A DNA stretch of 60,725 nt, filler included, from Basidiobolus ranarum (lineage: Eukaryota), in the NCBI GenBank assembly GCA_040143965.1. It is 17 parts of 17 records of this genome, joined end to end, with 100 filler letters (N's around TTAATTAATTAA, not from the genome) between each part and the next. Parts side by side here need not be neighbours in the genome. Positions count along the whole stretch, not along the records: positions 1 to 3,491 come from JASJQH010009332.1; positions 3,592 to 7,079 come from JASJQH010009333.1; positions 7,180 to 10,666 come from JASJQH010009334.1; positions 10,767 to 14,253 come from JASJQH010009335.1; 13 more parts are not named here. One strand, given 5' to 3'. Positions 1 through 12,037 of this stretch are shown here, piece by piece. Position 1 is the stretch's first letter; the number at the start of each line of letters is the position of its first letter. The position numbers and the translations under genes were made by a program. The notes under the pieces are model-generated. The model ran no database searches. It saw nothing but the letters and a program-made list of their open reading frames with translations, and had not been told where the DNA came from.

Positions 1-196
1 ACAAGTAGAATGTGTTAAGGAAGGTCCCAGGAACATGTGTGCAAAGTTTGGGGCTTCTTTGAAAAATCTATATATCTGAGAACTTCTAAGTAAATTCTGA
101 TTGAGAATAATGGATAGTATCTTAGCGAATTATACGATAACTAAGTACTAAGTTATATATGACTATATAGATGTTTAGGCAATGCTAATTTCAACA
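1..196 (-). mobile_element. MITE-like repeat, partial copy, terminus TGTTGAAATTAGCATTGCC on the minus strand
   Basis: Near-identical to ~3105-3336, 17938-18231, the inverted copy at 18262-18632, and 36276-36341. Confidence 0.75.
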
Positions 197-1064
197 ACTA
201 TTCCCTATATTGCATTTCAGTTAATATTACTGAATGAAATATAACTGAAAATCAGAATAAAAACTTAGTATGCGTGAATTATACAAGAATCAGCAATGTC
301 ATACTCATTATCTCCAAGTTGTTCAAACTTACCCCAAGATAGCTCAATTTACTCCCCCAAAAGACTTGAACACAACATCACTGATTGTTTTCTGTATTTA
401 CAACAAAGTATATAAATATATCAATTCTGGTCAATCAATAGATATCTCTCAAGTTGGTCACAATTCCATTTCTTAAAACATCGTAAAAAGGCACTTATTT
501 TCCTAATAACTAAGTTAAAGAGCAGATATGAATTTGGGCTTACAAAGCTTGATTTTATCAGAGCATGATGGGCTCCCCTGACCTGAATCTCTCTTAACAT
601 GACTGCTAAACCACCAGATGTGAGTGAAGATTCAAATATATCCAATTTAAGGCTGACTACTTTTGGAATCAAGATCTTCAACACTATATTGTCCCTATTA
701 ATGTACATCAGGCTGATAAATATAGCATATATATGCCAGCCTGTATCTCGCAAAGATGATAACTTACATTATGGGTATACATGAATACAGCAGTATCCAC
801 ACAAACTCTTAAATTCACAATACTTCTATATTTCGAAAAGACATTCAATCAACATCGAATTTACAGTGAGATACTAACCTCACTATATAGTTATTACAGC
901 ATTCCTAAAACCTCCATAGTACTCTGCATAAATCTAATATTGGTCAGGTTTGAAGGCAGGAATTGTAAATATACCCTGTGATTGGGGCAGCTGTTAAGAA
1001 GCAACCTCGGATAAAGAGCAAAATCACCAGGATTTATTGCCTTTGAATTGTTTAAGAAAGACTG

Positions 1065-1900
1065 ATGACATTGAATGCTTTCTTAGAGGGACTTGAGCCA
1101 AAGATCCAAAAGTTAGTCCCTGAATTTTTGAGAAATAAAGAACCTCTTTGAGGTCTCAAATAAGGAAAGGCTATCACTGCACTATCAAGCCTAGAGGAAA
1201 GTCTGAAAAAGTTTGGAGATTCACTTAAACTATTGAAGGTTTATCTCTTCGTATCTATAAACCTGTTAAGCAAAACTATCTCCTCATCTTCACTTATTAT
1301 CATGGTGGTTGTTTCAATCGCGGAGATCTTGAAACGCATGATCGACAATGGCACAAGTCAAATCTCAGCCATTCTCTAATCATTAGTGCGGCCTATCGAT
1401 TAGCGCCCAAACATATATATCCGGTCACTCATGATGATGCGTTAAACACCTTTCATATCACAAAAAAAGTATGCACTTACGTGGGGAGGAAATCCATACC
1501 ATATTATACTTATTGGTGACAGTACAGGAGGTCATTTAACGTCGCTCATTTGCCTGCGACTAAGAGATGCCAACTAGATGCCTGTCCGCCTAATTCTTAT
1601 TTGTCCTAGGCTTAATCGAAGTGCTACTAGCCACAGCTATGAGAAATTTGGGAAACATATATTACCACTAAAAGTACTTTGTCCTGATTTAGGTAACTTA
1701 AGTGAAACACACATCTTAACTGCTGGGTTCGCCCCGCTCGTGGAGGAAAGAGAGCAATTATATCGCCTCTTACTCAAAGCAAGGTAGTTGTACAATGTAG
1801 GTGATGTTTAGGCGTCACTCCTGGTTTTTCCAAGTTAAGCTGCCAAAAAAGCACCATAAGACGTAGCTTCCATACTTAAAACTAAATAAGGAGACATGCA
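1065..1900 (+). pseudogene. Decayed alpha/beta-hydrolase (HSL/Aes-type esterase)
   Basis: Translated pieces YYHGGCFNRGDLETHD, SAAYRLAPKHIYP, LIGDSTGGHL and LTAGFAPLVEE match the HGGG, YRLAPE, GDSAGG and D-P-L motifs. They are interrupted by stops and frameshifts. Confidence 0.75.
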
Positions 1901-2305
1901 GGTTGAGAGCGCTCGCAGCCTTAGTTATCAGTAATGCGAGGGATGTAGGGTCTGCTTCCTTCCTTTCAATCTGTGAATTATGGTTTAAATCTCGAATTGT
2001 TTGTGACAAGTTTTTGAAATGACGCATTTCAACGCTTTGAAGCTACAACAGAATCTGAAGTTAAATCTAAATTATTTGGATATTTTTCAAATAGGCCAAG
2101 TTGAAACTAAAATGTTAGAGATCCTCTCTAGGTGGTTTAATTTCTTCAGCTGAAGCGTTTACAATGACCTTTTCAATGAATTATTAGAAGTACTGCCAGC
2201 TTTTAAACGGCATCAGGTTCATTTATATTAGGGACGTGTAGTTGTACCCTGTAACTCTGTCCCAAGATTATGTTTGAATCTTTAACTGTATGTATTGCCT
2301 TGCGT

Positions 2306-3028
2306 TTATTCATAGTAGAATGACCTATATTTCTTGGACTTTTCGATCAATTTAAATGCCGCATTTGACGCCCAGTCTAGCGAGGATACCAATCGATGCA
2401 CAATGGACCGGTGTTCTTGACTGACCCGGTAGTAATCACTCCATTTGGGAAGTATCACACGGTGAAAAATATGTCCGGATGTCTCTACAATTTGATAAAT
2501 GTTGCAGTCCTTATTCATTGCAAACACAGCCAATAAATATCTTTTCAGTTCCTCTCCTTCTTGCTTGATTTTTTCTTTCTCTTCCTGCAGCAACTCTTTA
2601 ACTTCGCCGCGCAGTACAAGTTTTGCTTCATATGAAGCAAAGAATGGTCCGTAGCCTTTATCTCTCTTGAAAATTACTTCTTCTTTCAAATGATTTATCG
2701 TTTCTTGGTTTTGTGCACTTATATAGATTTCTCCATATGTTGGCTCTCCAAATTCTTTCTTTAGTCTTTGCATATATTCTACGAACAGCTCTGAGTGATT
2801 TCGCAATAGAAAGTGTTTCCTCCCAAATGTATATGCTTCCACAATAATTGTGCTCAACAGATCAGGGATGATCACATGGTCTTCATCTTTGAGGTCTTGC
2901 ATACTGAAAGCTGGCTTGGGTGCTGATAGCTCAAATGGAGAGAACTGAGCAGCGGATGCTGTGCAACTTCTTGAAATATCAATTGATGGCGCACATGGTC
3001 TAATCGAGACACTTACAGGGGGTCTAGT
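2306..3028 (-). CDS. Hypothetical protein (198 aa from Met; frame open about 42 codons further upstream), no recognised domain
   Basis: Long ORF with protein-like composition and retained CpG. Confidence 0.5.
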   Translation of the reverse strand, partial: TRPPVSVSIRPCAPSIDISRSCTASAAQFSPFELSAPKPAFSMQDLKDEDHVIIPDLLSTIIVEAYTFGRKHFLLRNHSELFVEYMQRLKKEFGEPTYGEIYISAQNQETINHLKEEVIFKRDKGYGPFFASYEAKLVLRGEVKELLQEEKEKIKQEGEELKRYLLAVFAMNKDCNIYQIVETSGHIFHRVILPKWSDYYRVSQEHRSIVHRLVSSLDWASNAAFKLIEKSKKYRSFYYE

Positions 3029-3104
3029 TTATTGTTCTAAAGTCAATGAAGCTGCGGAAGTTGCTATATGAACGTCTGAACCCAAAGGTTTGTCAAAGAG
3101 TAAG

Positions 3105-3336
3105 CAACCCAACATGTAGAATGTGTTAAGGAAGGTCCCAGGAATATGTGTACAAAGTTTGGGGCTTCTATCACAACTTTGAAAAGTCTATATATCTGAG
3201 GACTTTCAAGGTGTTAAAAATATTCCAATTAAATTCCAAGTGAGAATAGTGGGTGATATCTTTGCAAAAGTGTGAAAAAACTAAACACTACGCTATATAT
3301 GACTATGTAGAGATTTTGGCCATGTTAATTTCAACA
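3105..3336 (-). mobile_element. MITE-like repeat, partial copy
   Basis: Matches 1-196; ends ...TTAATTTCAACA. Confidence 0.7.
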
Positions 3337-3385
3337 CTTTGCCTTGACCAACTAGTCATGTAAACTAGTTGATGGGGAGGTCTAT

Positions 3386-3491
3386 TGTCACAATAAGGAA
3401 CTGGACAAGGACTGGAAACAATGACAAGAGGCTAGAAGGCAGGAGAGTACTTGGGTGTAGACCACAAGCCAAGACAAGACAAGACAAGACA
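3386..3491 (-). mobile_element. Ty3/gypsy LTR fragment (U5 end)
   Basis: Matches 15945-16050; the minus strand ends ...TTATTGTGACA. Confidence 0.7.
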
Positions 3492-3591
3492 NNNNNNNNN
3501 NNNNNNNNNNNNNNNNNNNNNNNNNNNNNNNNNNNTTAATTAATTAANNNNNNNNNNNNNNNNNNNNNNNNNNNNNNNNNNNNNNNNNNNN

Positions 3592-5897
3592 CTCATACTT
3601 GGTTTGGTTTTCTTGCAGATTCTTACGTAACTCCTCACGAATTTTATCCTTGGAAGTGAATTACTGATTAGTAAAGCACAATTTCCATAAATACTCAAGA
3701 ATTGTGACCAACTTCGCTTTCTTGATTTTGTTTCTTCAAATCAGCAATGGCTTCATTGTGAACTTTGCGTGACTTGTTCAAGTCGTCCCACGCACGTTCT
3801 AAAGCAACCTGGAATCAAATAGAAAGGTTACGCGAATTTAATGTTGTAAATGGAGATTCGTATATATTACCTGCAAGTCGATTTGGGCCTCTTTAGACTC
3901 TTGCAATTGAGATTCCAATTTACTAATTTTCAACGCATGCTCCTCATTTTGCTTTCGGAGTAATTTGCAGGCATCTGGAATAGAAAAATGTCAACATCAA
4001 AAGAAAGAGTTAAAAAAGGCTCCACATCTAACCACTCAGTTTTTTCTCGCTTTCGGCAAGTTTGGTGCTCTTGGCTTTGAATGCGGTCACCTCTTTTTGT
4101 GAGTCATTGAATTTTTTTTTGAGTTCAGCGAAAGCTTTTTCATTTTCCACTGCTTTTGTTCGTAACTGCTTTATCATGTTGGAAAGCTTAAGCTCCTGTT
4201 TAGATAGCCTTTCTCCTATAGCATTTAACCCAGAATAATCAGTAAATACTTCATGCTTTCTCTGCACAATAATTGCAACTACCTTCGGCAAAAAGTTCCG
4301 AAATTCTTTGATCTTTTTGAGCAACAACCTGCTGCATCTCTGTTTGAAGAGTAGCCAGTTTTTCACGAACCTGGTCTCTTTCCTAAATTAAAATAGGACC
4401 ATTAAATATTCAGAGTTCGATGTACAAGTGACAACACTAGAAACTAAAAACCTTGGTAATATTATCGATACGTTTTTCTAGGGCACTATTGCCTGCAGAA
4501 CTTGATTTAAGAGCGCTTTCTTTGTTTTCTTGTGCGCTTCTCAAACGATCTTTAAGAGTTGAGATAACTGCACTTAAGGTGGCATTTTCTCTGAGTTTTT
4601 CAGCCAACTCCATCTCACGTTGCTTCAGTTGCTCTTTAGTAAATTCATCTGATTTGTTAGCAATAGGGTTCATCTCCTCTGCCTCTTTTGTGTGCTCTTC
4701 ATCATCCGTCTTCTTATCCGAGCTGGGACTCTGTTTGACAGAATTAGCATGCATATTATTCTTATCTTCATTTGCTTGACTCTCGACTATGTCTATCTCC
4801 TGGGTGGAAGAATTTGGTAATACCTGCTGGGATGTCTCGATTGACATCTCAGCTTTTTCGGGATCACTCTTCGTATCATCGTTACTTTTTTCTGGAAGAT
4901 CAACACTTTCTACTCCTTGGCCTTGGGGTTCGACATTGGTAATGCCAGTCGAGTGTTCATTTCCTTCTTTCTCCGACTTGACTTCTTCCAAGTTGGGTTC
5001 CTTTTCAGTTTTCAACAAATGAATCTCTTGGTCAAAGTTTGTTTCCTCAGGTTCGTTTGCAACGTTCGACAAAACCGTTTTCTCTTCGTTACATTCTACT
5101 TTTTCAGTAGTATGTTTCACCTGTTCCTCAAGATCCTCATTAGACTTCTTTGCCGATTCAGAGGTCACGATGTTGTCCATTGCTTCATCGGTTTCAATTT
5201 TTGGAAGTGGTATCTCAGTAGCAAGGTTCAGGATATCCTGTGGAGTATCTGGTATATCGTTATTAGAGTCTTCAAGTGTATTTAAAGTGGGTGTGTCATT
5301 TGCAGGCTCCGAAGCTCCATCAGTTTCTAAAATAGAACTAGCCTCACTAGCTAGATCTCCACTTTGCAAAGGATCCCACGCGACTTCTGCAGAGGATCTT
5401 GGAGATACACTTTTAATAGATAACCCATCTTGCTTCTTCAAGTCAATGTTAGTATTAGAAGACTGTTGTTGAGCAGAAGTGACTGAAGTTTTATCCAACT
5501 GCTTTTTGTTCGCACTCGCCTTGCTTTTACGTCCTTTTGGAGACTTCTTAGGCACATTAGCACTAGATACAGCTGCAGCCAATCTAGCTGCTAAGCGGTC
5601 TTGGTCTAAAGAAGGTTTTGTAGGATTTGGTGTGGGTTTAGCTGCCAAACAAACCAAGATAAACAAAAAGAAAAAAAAATCATCAATAAGTTAATTTGCC
5701 TCTTGATTCCTATACATTCTTCACACTTACTCACACTTAGTTAAAGGCTCTTGTTCTATTTGTTTATCTTGAGCGGCTTTCTCCAAACTAGTCTCCACTG
5801 AGTTAATGGCCTGCTTCAAAAAACCACCCCACGAAGAGTTACCAGGTCGATTATTTTGAGTACCTTCCACTTGACCGTTCTTGTTTAGAAAACTCAT
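3592..5897 (-). CDS. SGM1: TMF1/Sgm1-like coiled-coil golgin, multi-exon, 3'-truncated
   Basis: N-terminal SSWGGFLKQAINSVETSLE; spliced KDQRISELFAEG|ERLSKQELKLSNMIKQLR corresponds to the TMF_DNA_bd domain. GT-AG introns restore the frame. Confidence 0.85.
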
Positions 5898-7230
5898 GAG
5901 GGAATCTGGTTAAGAATGCAACGTAATCTGTTCCAACAACTTCTTCTAGACACCTTGATGAAATTGAAATCAACCAAGTTTACATTATCGATCAATTTAT
6001 TTGGTGGAAATGAGAATCGGTCTGGATCAAGGTGTTTGAAATCTATTAATTCCCTGTATCCTAATTTAACATAACTATCAGTTGAAATTTAACTAATATA
6101 TATCAATCATGTCTAAAACCAAGCCACATGCTGCTGCATTTGGATTTTGAACTATTATTTACCAAGTACGAATGTTTCGGACCCTGGAATACACAATTCA
6201 TTTCGGTATCTTTATTCACACAATCCAAAGTCAACAACCTTGACTAAAGAAAAGAAAGTGGGTGATATATATAGCATACATGTTACGATGAAGACTTGCA
6301 AATCACCAAGTAAACAAACATCAAATATGATGACGATACTATGAATATTCTCTCAACTCTATTATTTTAATAAATACTAATTAGTGCTTAAAGATAGAAT
6401 ATCTGGCATATACAATGAAGTGGAACTAACCCACTGAACTAGTAAAGCACATTAAACTGAAATTAGTTTTAAAACCTAGAATTGGAAATTGTATTATGGA
6501 TGTTCACCAACAACCATTCTCAGGATCAAGCTCCTGCAGTGAACCCACAACCACCTCCAGTATTCCCAAAACTTACAACATCAATCCACTTCACCAAACT
6601 TAGTGTTGGGTACATGGTTAGTATCTAGTCTAACAACAAACTTGGCATATAGTATAATGGATATAACTTGTAAACGGTTGAAGAGTGGTGAGAGAGTATT
6701 TAAGGTGCTTGCACGAAAGCGTCACCCAAGTACACGCTCTAGACAGAGTACGGAACACTTTCTCAACCATATTTGGTATTTTGGGATCAAACACTCGTTA
6801 TGTGAAAGGTGGAGAATCCATATCGATATTATATTAAGTGGAGCATCACTACTCTGATTCTGCATATATCTACACCCTGATTCCATATATATCTCAGCAC
6901 TGAGCTCAGGCGGTAGGGGCATCAGATCCCTTGATTAGTGCGCTTATCATTACACTCACTGGTCATTACACCTAATGTGTGATATATAAGGCAATAAAGA
7001 TTACAGATCCAAGTGTTAATCGATCGGGTATTAAATGATATTGCCACATACAGACTAATGAGCATTTGAGCGTGATATCNNNNNNNNNNNNNNNNNNNNN
7101 NNNNNNNNNNNNNNNNNNNNNNNTTAATTAATTAANNNNNNNNNNNNNNNNNNNNNNNNNNNNNNNNNNNNNNNNNNNNGTAGTGGTTTCTGTCATGCTG
7201 TAAAGGTTAGAACATGGGGCTCATAACCTA

Positions 7231-7791
7231 TTGGGAAAATATGGGCTGTTTGGAGGAACTTTAGAAAAGTGGAGTTGTGAATAGCTTTGTAAGATAATTA
7301 TTGATTGGACTGGTTCTCTGTGACAGTGCCAGATTGTGCTGTATATATCATATTGAATAAAGTATTCTAAAGCTTATGTGGCACAATTTGGCACTATCCA
7401 GCACCCTCTGGCATGATCAATTTCAATCACATTTACTGTAATAAGTTGATCCCAGTTCCAATACATCCTGGCACAATGGAACATTTCCATTGTCCAGAAA
7501 TAAAGCATTTATACATTTTGATGGAAATACAGAAAACTAACACTGGGGTTGTGTTCAGAACATCTCTGGGAGTAAAATGAGCTATCTTTGGGGCAATTTG
7601 GACAAGCTTGAAATTTCCAATATGGAATTGCTAATTCTCACATTATTCAAATATATATATATAGTATGTTCCAATTTGCTGTTAAGTGATATATGACTAA
7701 GTAATGGTAACTAACTTATATGTGTTATATGAAATAGTTAGGTGTGTAAAGATAGAGATAACAAGTATAATGAAGATAATAAACTTCAACA
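7231..7791 (-). mobile_element. Copia LTR-related repeat fragments
   Basis: Blocks match 56055-56616; the minus-strand TGTTGAAG terminus is at 7791. Confidence 0.6.
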
Positions 7792-8230
7792 AGTAAATGG
7801 TCAATCCCAAATGGATTAAATTATGACAGTTTTCCTACAACAACAATCCTCAAATTCCTGTTAGGGGGCAAGTACTAACAAGAGCATTCAGCAATTGCCC
7901 AGGTTTGTAGTGGTACATGCCAATTTGCTTCTGTTTTTTTTGTTGTCCCCTTGATATTTCCATGAAAGGAACTTTGCTTGAACCTCTGCACTGAGTTGGT
8001 TGGTTTGATCCTGCTGAAGTTCCTCTACCTTGGCCAGCAAGAGTTGAGGCTTGAGGTCAATGCACTGTGGCGTGCATTGGCTCATCCAGTCTAGTTTGCA
8101 GTTCACTTGTATCTACAGTCTCTTCTTTAGATGTGGAGCCTTCACTCTACATGTCAACCAGTCATTGCTGGTGGTGCATAGCTCTATGCATCAACTAATA
8201 ATGTCTCACTTGAGGTTCATGCTCAACAGT

Positions 8231-8520
8231 TATTGATTCTTCAATCATAGTAGAAGCTTCATCTCTTTCAACTGGCTGTGGCCACAGTTGCATGGCAGTA
8301 CATGTTGGAGCAAATTATCTATCTTGTGGTTTGTGTTTGGTGCTTATTGATTCTTCAACCTCGGTGGAAGCTTCATCTCTTTTGACTGGCCATTGCCATG
8401 GTCTTATTCTAGTATGTGTTGAACCAAGTCATCTATGATGAAGTTTGTGTTTGGCAGTTCTTGCCACTTCAACTACAGTAGAAGCTTAATCTCTTTTGAC
8501 TGGCTACTGTGATCTCTGTT
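8231..8520. repeat. About 2.5 degenerate tandem units of ~114 bp in a decayed minus-strand ORF
   Basis: CTTCAA..G(T)AGAAGCTT(C)ATCTCTTT..ACTGGC recurs near 8240, 8355 and 8468. Confidence 0.7.
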
Positions 8521-11196
8521 GCAAGGCAGAATGCATCAGAACATATTGTCTATCTTGAGATTCAAGTTTCACTGTTTTGGCTTTTTCAAGCTCAGTAAGA
8601 GCTTCACTATCTCTCTAAACACCTATTGTCTTGGTCTCATGGGGGTAAGCTTAGTGACAGATCACTGTCTTAGTCAATTGCTCTCAGGTGTCAGGTCTTC
8701 ATCAACAAAGTGGAAAGTTCAAGAATTCTTGCATTTGGCCTTTGTTGCTGTCATGTGGTAGTGTGCATTAAACCGGTATGTCTTTCTGGTGGCATGCTTC
8801 TTAGAGCTGACTCTTCTCCAGATGTAATAAGCTCACTGGTTGGTTTGGTGGAATCAGGTAAATCATATGCTATGATGCATGAGAATGCAAGCTGTCCTCT
8901 TTCTGGTTCTTCATTGACTGCTTGCTCTTCATCAAAAACAGGAGAAACATCACAGACTCTTCCAAGCTGGCATTGCTGTCAATGTGTACTACTAGCTGAT
9001 GAGCCAACTTGTTAGGCTCTTGCCCTTGTTGGAGTTGTTACCTCAATTCTAGTGGTGAGTTGTGTAGATGCTTCTTGTGAAATAGATACCTTGTCAGGAG
9101 TCTCTTTGATTTGGAGTAATCTATTATGTTGGTGCTGTGGTCTAGACTGCTCCAATTTGCCTTTGGGAATATCTTCTGATTCAATAAATTGCCTTGCTTT
9201 TCTCTTTACACCTCTGTTGATTACTCTTGCCATAGTGTCCTGAAATATTGTTTTGAACTCTGCAACCTCCATCAACAGTTGCTGCAAAGTCTCATTGAGT
9301 AGTGGTAGAATTGTGTCTTTGCTAACCCAAAATCAAAATTCCTATTTCTCAATTTAAACTTTCTATCCTCATGAGTCTTATTGTATATTTTCTTGCAGAC
9401 TTTTGAAGGCATGAAGATATAGTATTCTCTCCAAAGCAGAGTTGAAATTTGCTTCCACTTTTGTCTAATGCCCCCTTCCCCAGCTTCTGTCAAGTTTATC
9501 AATAACTCCCATATATCCAAGCAAGAATTCATAGTGGATACCTGGGCATCTGCAAAATAATTAGGTGCATGGTGCTTTGCACCATACCTTCATTCAACTG
9601 CGTGCAAAAAATTTTGGAAGTAGTGGTTTATTACTTCAAAGTAGGTTGTGAATCAGGAGGAATCTGTTTTGAAATGATACATAACTATCATATTTATGTA
9701 CAATTTTAGACTTTATTGGTTTAAATCAGAATTAGGGATCTTTTTACATTATTGGTTAAAATGTCCAAGTTAATTTTCTATAGTGTGATCAAGCAAAATG
9801 CATTCTACTTTGAGCCATTTTGATATGTATGCAAAATAAATTTGATTCAGATAAAACTATGATTAACTTTGTTGATGCAGCTTATTATACAACATCTATG
9901 CAATTGCACATAATTGAAATAATTTGGATAATAAACACAAACAGAAATTTTATTATACAGAATGTAGGGAATTTTACCATGATAATTAAAATTCTTAGAT
10001 AAATAACTTACACATGCCAGATCAATCAGTATTGTGCCAGCTCAATACAAGATTAATATCATGCACCCCATCTACTCCAAATGGTTTTTCCTCATTAATC
10101 CAAAAGCAACTACTGGCTTTCCCATCCCCACCATTGAAGCTATATTTGTGAAATACTGTGACTCATATACTGTAATACCTACCAGAAAGCAGCTAGTCAA
10201 TTTGTTTTGTTACTACAAAAACTATTGTCCAATCAGATTGCAGTGCACTATTAATGGAAGTAAATGTGACAGAAGTTTTGATACTAGGCTTCAAGTAAGT
10301 GAGGCAAAAGCTTTATAATGACATTTTTTTCTATTTTAAAGCAACAATAGAACATAGATTTGGTTTCCTAAAGAGATATAACATTGTAGCAGGAAAGATA
10401 GAGGAAAATCATTTTGTGGGTGACAATCAAAGTTAGGCAGAGTAGCCAAAATCTTTATTAATTCTCAATACATTCATACTCAAAGATTTCCATTCAGAAC
10501 TCTAGACCAATTCTTTCACCCACTGGGTGAGCCTAGTTCAGAATGGGTGTGATCAGGGGCAGGAGGAGGAACAATTTACCGGCTGAGTCCACCCTCAGGT
10601 CAATGGGTGGAAGAAAGAGCCAATTGCAAAATGACGGGGTGCATAGCCCAAAGTGAGGGCCACTTCNNNNNNNNNNNNNNNNNNNNNNNNNNNNNNNNNN
10701 NNNNNNNNNNTTAATTAATTAANNNNNNNNNNNNNNNNNNNNNNNNNNNNNNNNNNNNNNNNNNNNACTGGTGGTTTTCCTATTTGATACTATGGATGTT
10801 TCGTCCAGATTACCGCGAGAATGAACATACGCATACGTACACATAATATTTGATACCTTCACTCGACTTACCTAGATAAGATTCTGATCATTTAAAAAAC
10901 CTCGTATTGATATATTCCATTTTATGACAGAGGCATCACTCATCTTCTACTATTTTTAGTAAACATGTTGTTCTTACACGGAATCCATCCACTTGACAGT
11001 CAAACATCCAACACAAAGAAAAACTATGACCACACGCATGCCTAAATAAAGCCTAATCCCCATGAAATTCCGAGTCAAACAGGCATCCCTTTGTTACAAC
11101 CATCATGATCAAAACCAGCGTTTCCCTCACATCTACCAAGTCTACAGAACCATAATGTCGATTGATCCCATATATCATATAGAGAAAACATTCACT

Positions 11197-12037
11197 TTAT
11201 TGCACTTCAAAGTTATTGCTAAATTGGGAACAATGATCGGGATAGAAAATAGAGGAAGTGTTTTCATTAGAAGAGAAAGGTAAAACAGTCGAATATAGAG
11301 ATGGTAATATATCTGGATCCCAGAAATCTCGGTAATTGTTGTTATCCACTCCGCCCAAATTAGACTTATAGTACTCAATCATCTTGCTTAGATATGCTCT
11401 TTTTTGCTCAAGAACTTTGCAATTCCAACAGTTGTGAGTTACTGCTGCTTGTGCATACCTTGATTCACTTTCATGTTCGCATATTGGTTGCAAGTTGACA
11501 GATGGAGATAAAGAAGGTACTGTTGAGAGTGGAGAATTGAACTTCCTGATCCTTGCATGGCTATATGAACTTGACGTACGTTGGATGAGATGAAGAGAAT
11601 TCAGTTCACCCCGGTTGAAATGTTGGTGAGCATAGATTATGGTTGAAGTATTTTGACTCTGTTTAGTTCGTCGACGATCAGAAACTCGGCAGAAGCCATA
11701 TATCTATTAGAAAGATTAATAACTTGAATGATTACCAAATACTTTAACCACTTCATCCTACATTTAGTTGGCGAGAAAATGAAGTAAACTTGTTGGTTTC
11801 GTAGTAGTGAGGAAGCACAATTGAGGCAAAATTGATGGGATCTTTAATGACAAATCTAGTGCCCGACTGCTCCCAAGCTATCATATCATAATAGCTTTGT
11901 TCTGAAAGTATTCTAGACAGAGAAGCAAATTAGTGACACCATGGAAAAGAAATAACATAGCAAGACAGTTACTTGTAAAGATTTATCACAAATGGGGGTA
12001 TGCGAATACTAAGTTTACCTGTTTGTCCCTCTAACAT
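11197..12037 (-). CDS. HSF-type DNA-binding transcription factor, ~240 aa; exons 12037-11973, 11912-11762, 11703-11197
   Basis: Spliced translation IPPFVINLYK|ILSEQSYYDMIAWEQSGTRFVIKDPINFASIVLPHYYETNKFTSFSRQLN|IYGFCRV...YAHQHFNRG. Canonical GT-AG introns. Missed by the ORF track. Confidence 0.9.

Noticed and set aside
4453..5694. Several plus-strand ORFs of 70-120 aa
   Set aside because: Antisense shadows of the SGM1 exon. The same applies to shadow ORFs over the ARM gene, PMA1, the kinase and the MFS.
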